From positions 1 through 64,000 of the forward strand of contig JBLWTJ010000003.1 of NCBI GenBank assembly GCA_048270185.1: a stretch of DNA of 64,000 bases, given 5' to 3'. The translations under genes were made by a program, and so were the position numbers. How positions within the stretch are numbered: the stretch's first letter is position 1; each line of letters begins with the position of its first letter. Positions 59,396-64,000 of this stretch are shown one piece after another. Source of the DNA: Bacteriovoracaceae bacterium. Lineage in GTDB: Bacteria; Bdellovibrionota; Bacteriovoracia; Bacteriovoracales; Bacteriovoracaceae. The notes under the pieces are model-generated. The model was not told where the DNA came from. It saw only the letters and a list, made by a program, of their open reading frames with translations, and made no database searches.

Positions 59396-60277
59396 TCATT
59401 GATCTTCGTTAGCGAGTTTAATTTCCCTGAAAAGATCATACATTTTACTATTTGGTCCATAGTCAATTTCTTCAATATCATGAATATGATTGATTAGGTT
59501 TGAAATATTTGTGATTCGCTCAAGGCCCTCTTCACATCGATTGATATAAACTTCAGATGGATTAGTTTTGATCTTCTCAAGAGATAGTTTAGAAATCGTT
59601 AAGGGATTATTTAGCTCATGAGCAAGAGTAATAATCATTTTAGAGATGGTGTCTCTTTTTTGATACTTTCTAGTTTCAATTACTTTTCTCTGTTCAATCT
59701 TTTCTCGATAGAAGTTAACGATTAAGTAGAAGCTTATTGGAATAGCAAAGTTAACAATAAATTGCCATTTTTCACTTAAGTATGGCCTGCCTGCTTCAGC
59801 GAAGAAGTAATTATACAATATTGACGTTGTCGATATTAAGAATCCACCCAGGGCCAATCGAGCTCCGATAGTATGTGATACCACTATATAAACGTAGAAT
59901 AAAGTTGGTAGTAGAACCCATGCATGTGATTCTAAAATAAAAGCTCTGCTGCTTATCTGAACATAGAGAATTAAAAGTAGAATCATATTATAAATTAATT
60001 TAACTCCTTTTAGCCTGTAGAGCATAAAAGAGCTAAATAGTAACAATAAGCATATTACTGAAGTAATTACTGTTGGATCAAATGGACCTAGGTTTGATAA
60101 AAAAATGAATCCAATGATAGCAAAAATAATAGCAAGACAGAAATGTGTGAAGATAATGAGTCAAGCTTCGTAAGTCTTAGTTATGGACTCGATCCCTTCA
60201 TATTTCTCTAGCGATTTAGGATAGAAATAGCTTAGTAAATCAAACTTAATTTGAGATCCCCTGGAAACTTTTTTCAC
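59396..60277 (-). pseudogene. Membrane sensor with HisKA domain only, interrupted by in-frame TGA
   Basis: The frame of 59396..60046 continues upstream through further TM segments to TGA at 60161-60163, then reopens to GTG 60277. LAHELNNPL H-box present, no HATPase domain. Confidence 0.65.
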
Positions 60278-60513
60278 ATACCAATAAATATTATAAGTAA
60301 ATTTATCCTATGGAAATTAGTTATTTAGACAGGGACAGGCCTAGAATTTTGGCAATTCCTAAGAGCTTCTATGGGAGCGAATTCACTTTTTTTCTATAAG
60401 TACTTAGAATTAAAGAGTATCTACTAAGGTAATTCTTTCCATAATTTAGAATATTGATATGCGGTTAACATACTTTATTGTATATCGTTAAATAATTTAA
60501 ATAAGGAACGAGT

Positions 60514-61842
60514 TTGGATCATTATTCCATCAATAAATTCGGAGAGTTTGCTGATCGCGCTGTTGAAGAAGCCTATCAACAAGATACTTGGGAAAAAGAT
60601 AATCACTACGTTAGAGCGTCGTATCTTATTTGCTGTATTTTACTGCTCTTTGCAGGGATATTTTCTGACTATCGACGATATTACTTCTTTGGCTCCGCTA
60701 ATATAATCACAGGACTGAGAGTTGGACTAGTCGCTTATGGCCTGTACTTCTACTTCATTTGGAAGAATAAGCAATACTCACTTAATACTGAAATTCATTT
60801 GTTAATGCTTAAAGTATATTCAGTTGCAATCATTGCATGCCTTACTCTTATGGTACAGGGGGAAAGCCAAACGCTTCTTGCTGGTATTATGATTATGACA
60901 ACCTCATTCTATGTCATGTTGCCAGGTGAGTTAAAAGGGACCATTCTATCCAGTTCATTATTGTTTATTATTTTTATTAGTGTTCCTTTTATGGCCAGTG
61001 TTGAGCCGGCTTTTTACTCATATAAAACCTTCATGCTTTTTTCTCTAAATATTGTTCTTGTTTTTTTTAAGACTATGTTTAACCGCGCCTCGAGATATAA
61101 TTACCTATCAAAAAAACATCTTGAAGAAATGAATAATGCAAAAGATGAGGTGATATCGACCATTGCTCATGATTTAAAGGGGCCTCTTCAAGTAATTATG
61201 TCATCGGCTCAACACGTTTCACATCGAGGTGAAGAGTTGTCACCTGAACGTATTATTAATTATCAAAAACGTATTCTAAAATCAGTAAAGAAAACAGATA
61301 ATCTACTTAGAGAATTATTGGCATGGGCCATCACAAGTAATGAAAGCCTTGGATACAATCCCAAGTGTTCAAATATCAAAGATACAATTGAGAATGCGAT
61401 TGAATTTGCTAATGAACTAGCTGAGACAAAGAATATTAAGATCAATATTTATATTCAAGATTGTATTTTAGATCATGATCAAAATATGGTTGAGACTTGT
61501 GTTCGAAATATTATTTCTAATGCTATTAAGTTTAGTCCTTCAGGGAAAAATATTAATATTTGTGGGACTATCGACAATGGGTATGAAATCGAGGTCACAG
61601 ATGAAGGAGAAGGGGTTCCAGACATTGTTTTAAGCGCTATTAAGAAAGGTCATAATTCAATGAGTATAAATGGTACTCATGGAGAAAAAGGCTCGGGCAT
61701 TGGTCTAAAACTTGTCCAATCTTTCTTACAGAAACATGATGCTGACCTCGTTATCGAAAATCTTCCAACAAGGGGCTCTCGTGTCGTTTTAAAATTTCCG
61801 CTACCTGATGAAGCAAGATTAGAACCGCAGTTAATAAATTAA
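60514..61842 (+). CDS. Multi-TM sensor histidine kinase
   Basis: About 6 TMs, IAHDLKGPL, RNIISNAIKFS, DEGEG, GTHGEKGSGIGL. Confidence 0.9.
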   Translation: MDHYSINKFGEFADRAVEEAYQQDTWEKDNHYVRASYLICCILLLFAGIFSDYRRYYFFGSANIITGLRVGLVAYGLYFYFIWKNKQYSLNTEIHLLMLKVYSVAIIACLTLMVQGESQTLLAGIMIMTTSFYVMLPGELKGTILSSSLLFIIFISVPFMASVEPAFYSYKTFMLFSLNIVLVFFKTMFNRASRYNYLSKKHLEEMNNAKDEVISTIAHDLKGPLQVIMSSAQHVSHRGEELSPERIINYQKRILKSVKKTDNLLRELLAWAITSNESLGYNPKCSNIKDTIENAIEFANELAETKNIKINIYIQDCILDHDQNMVETCVRNIISNAIKFSPSGKNINICGTIDNGYEIEVTDEGEGVPDIVLSAIKKGHNSMSINGTHGEKGSGIGLKLVQSFLQKHDADLVIENLPTRGSRVVLKFPLPDEARLEPQLIN

Positions 61843-61919
61843 TTTTTCCTTTAGTATCTCTTAATCATATTTATTATTTATTTCTTCAACCTTCACCGAT
61901 ATTTGATTAAAATATCAGA

Positions 61920-63269
61920 ATGAGAATTACTATTGCAGGTGCTTCAGGATTTGTTGGGCAAAAACTAATTAATGAAATTGATTCATCTTTCAAGATACGT
62001 GCACTTGCTCGATCTGATGGCCGAAATGATTCAGAGCAGATTGAATGGCTAAAGTGTGATCTCTTCTCATATCAGAAAACAAAGAGTGCACTAAAAGATA
62101 CTGATATTGCAATTTTTCTTGTTCATTCAATGCTGCCATCTTCCAAGCTTTTTCAAGGTAATTTTCGTGATACTGATTTATTACTGGCCGATAACTTTGC
62201 ACGTTCCTGTGTTGATAATAATGTAAAACAAATCATTTACCTGGGAGGTCTTGTTCCTATTGGAGAAAGTAGTGAACACTTAAAGGCACGGTTAGAGGTA
62301 GAAGAGGTTTTTAGAGAGACAAAAATAGCTACAACAGTTCTAAGGGCCGGTATGGTTGTTGGAGATGGTGGAAGTTCATTTGAGATTCTTCGTAATCTTG
62401 TCAACAACCTACCGATGATGATCTTACCGAAGTGGACAAAGAGTAATACTCAACTCATTTATATTGATGACTTGATTAGAGTCTTGATTCATACACTTAA
62501 TAATGAAAATTTTTATAATCGAATAATAAATGTTGTTAATGGAGAAGATGTTACTTATGGACAGCTTATACGAAAAACAGCAAAGAGTTTAGAGTTCAAT
62601 CAACCAATGATAAGTGTCCCAATTAATTATTTGAAGTTATCAAAGTGGTGGGTTCATCTCTTTGGTCAAGCCCCTATGGAATTAGTATCACCGCTAATTG
62701 ATAGTTTAAAGTGCCATCTTCCTATCCTCGACATAGAAGAGGATATCGATGAGCTTGTAAAAGTTAGAACCTATGATGATATGCTAAAACGTTTAAGATT
62801 TGATAAACGTAAAAATCGTAGAAAATCAAATCATGAAGAGAGTAATGTTCGCTCTATTCAAAGACTTGCTAATATTAATCAATTACCTGTAAATGAAATT
62901 GCAAAAGAGTATATGGAGTGGTTACCGCGCTTCATTAAAAATATTATCCATGTTGAGCAAAGAGAAAACTATATTTATTTTAGAATGCTTCTTTTGAAGG
63001 CACCTCTTTTAAAACTAGAAAAAATAGAGAATCATTCTATCCTTGATCGCGTTAAATTCCATATTGTTGGTGGAATTTTAAGTAAAACGAGAGGGACAGG
63101 ATGGCTCGAGTTTAGAACGATTGCTAATCGGAAATATACAATTGTTTCAATCAATGACTTTGTTCCATCCTTGCCTTGGTATATTTATCGCTACACTCAA
63201 GCTCTTGTGCATCTGTATGTTATGAAGAGTTTTGATAAGCATTTGAATAGGGCTAGTTTAAAAAAATAA
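61920..63269 (+). CDS. NAD(P)-binding SDR/epimerase-like protein (YbjT-like)
   Basis: AGASGFVG, FLVHSM, IIYLGGL..SEHL, GSSFEIL. Confidence 0.85.
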   Translation: MRITIAGASGFVGQKLINEIDSSFKIRALARSDGRNDSEQIEWLKCDLFSYQKTKSALKDTDIAIFLVHSMLPSSKLFQGNFRDTDLLLADNFARSCVDNNVKQIIYLGGLVPIGESSEHLKARLEVEEVFRETKIATTVLRAGMVVGDGGSSFEILRNLVNNLPMMILPKWTKSNTQLIYIDDLIRVLIHTLNNENFYNRIINVVNGEDVTYGQLIRKTAKSLEFNQPMISVPINYLKLSKWWVHLFGQAPMELVSPLIDSLKCHLPILDIEEDIDELVKVRTYDDMLKRLRFDKRKNRRKSNHEESNVRSIQRLANINQLPVNEIAKEYMEWLPRFIKNIIHVEQRENYIYFRMLLLKAPLLKLEKIENHSILDRVKFHIVGGILSKTRGTGWLEFRTIANRKYTIVSINDFVPSLPWYIYRYTQALVHLYVMKSFDKHLNRASLKK

Positions 63270-63867
63270 ATGTAGGTGCGTTTGAAGTAATGCTGACTTT
63301 TCCTGTCGCTTCATTAGATAGGGTATAGCTAGAAAGAGGCTTGATCTTCGTCGCTTTATCGATTGGATACTTACATTCTCCCTTAATTGTGATTTCTACT
63401 TCTTCAAAAGCAATGACTGTGAAGTTTGAGTGATATGTGAAACAAAATTGACCTTGAGAGAAAACGAGAACTTTATCATCAAAGTTACAGGTAACCTGAT
63501 TTTTACACCCTTTAAGATAATAGTGTAGTTCTCCAAAAGTAGTTAATTGATGGTCAAGTCGTTCGCCAATTAATCCATAAAGATTTATATGCTTGATAGA
63601 GGCTGGAACCATCGTCAAAGCAGATGAGAAGTCATTGAAATCCTTTTCCTTATCTAGTTTTATATCGATATCTTCAGGATTAGTGACAGAGTCTCCATCT
63701 CCAATTGATATCGTAGCAGATAGAGAAGAAATTGACTTCTTATGCCTCAAACCACCATCGACGAAAATTGTCGCCAAATTATCGATCTCACTTTCAAAAT
63801 TGAGAGGACCTATAATATTTAGATTTTCTTCTTCTTTTAAAATTTTGATAAATTCATCATATTTCAT
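63253..63867 (-). CDS. thiN: Thiamine pyrophosphokinase
   Basis: VDGG, GDGDS, EKDFND, GERLDH, CKYP..LSNE. Confidence 0.82.
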   Translation of the reverse strand: MKYDEFIKILKEEENLNIIGPLNFESEIDNLATIFVDGGLRHKKSISSLSATISIGDGDSVTNPEDIDIKLDKEKDFNDFSSALTMVPASIKHINLYGLIGERLDHQLTTFGELHYYLKGCKNQVTCNFDDKVLVFSQGQFCFTYHSNFTVIAFEEVEITIKGECKYPIDKATKIKPLSSYTLSNEATGKVSITSNAPTFIFLN

Positions 63868-63918
63868 AACGACCTACTTTTATGTATAATTTAAGCTAAT
63901 CATAATGGAGAAGCAAAT

Positions 63919-64000
63919 ATGCATATTAATTTTGATGTTAATTCACCAGTAGGGGAATTGATTAAATTTGAGGACTTTCTAAATGTTGATATAAGAATTG
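63919..64000 (+). CDS. csaA: tRNA-binding/CsaA OB-fold protein, 5' partial
   Basis: GGAG SD, then MHINFDVNSPVGELIKFEDFLNVDIRI(G), matching the CsaA N-terminal I.FEDF..VDIR.G. Confidence 0.7.
   Translation, partial: MHINFDVNSPVGELIKFEDFLNVDIRI

Noticed and set aside
1..64000. Prophage, IS element, integron, tRNA/rRNA or CRISPR
   Set aside because: No integrase, transposase, phage structural gene, attC-like array, RNA-gene signature or repeat-spacer array was seen.

Overview
AT-rich bacterial chromosomal window with about 65 genes and no rRNA, tRNA, CRISPR array, integrase or transposase visible. The many small secreted hypotheticals and an XRE-HTH/TIGR02147-like regulator suggest a Bacteriovoracaceae/Halobacteriovorax-like predator (inference). 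Recognisable content: argP-argO, fadD, grxB, sdhCAB, ahpCF, egtBD, sqr, yghU, rluF, a sigmaE-ChrR locus with divergent cognate promoters driving a furan/cyclopropane fatty-acid cluster, mtnP, mntP, can, qorB-like, thiN and partial csaA. The strongest anomaly is at 26-2094. This two-gene cassette (GNAT-like plus ThiF/E1-like) has only one CG dinucleotide and no GATC or GGCC, non-ATG starts behind a shared leader motif, and an adjoining response regulator and membrane-embedded histidine kinase, making it a candidate signal-synthesis/sensing system. Other leads: a beta-CASP nuclease/P-loop/ATP-cone-nuclease trio coupled to sdh, a secreted protein with a 22/45 tyrosine tail, a HAD/PPDK-like/beta-propeller operon, an unannotated degenerate ORF at 3898-4278, a TGA-interrupted HisKA-only sensor and several operator-like dyads. 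All calls come from reading the sequence; no searches were run.
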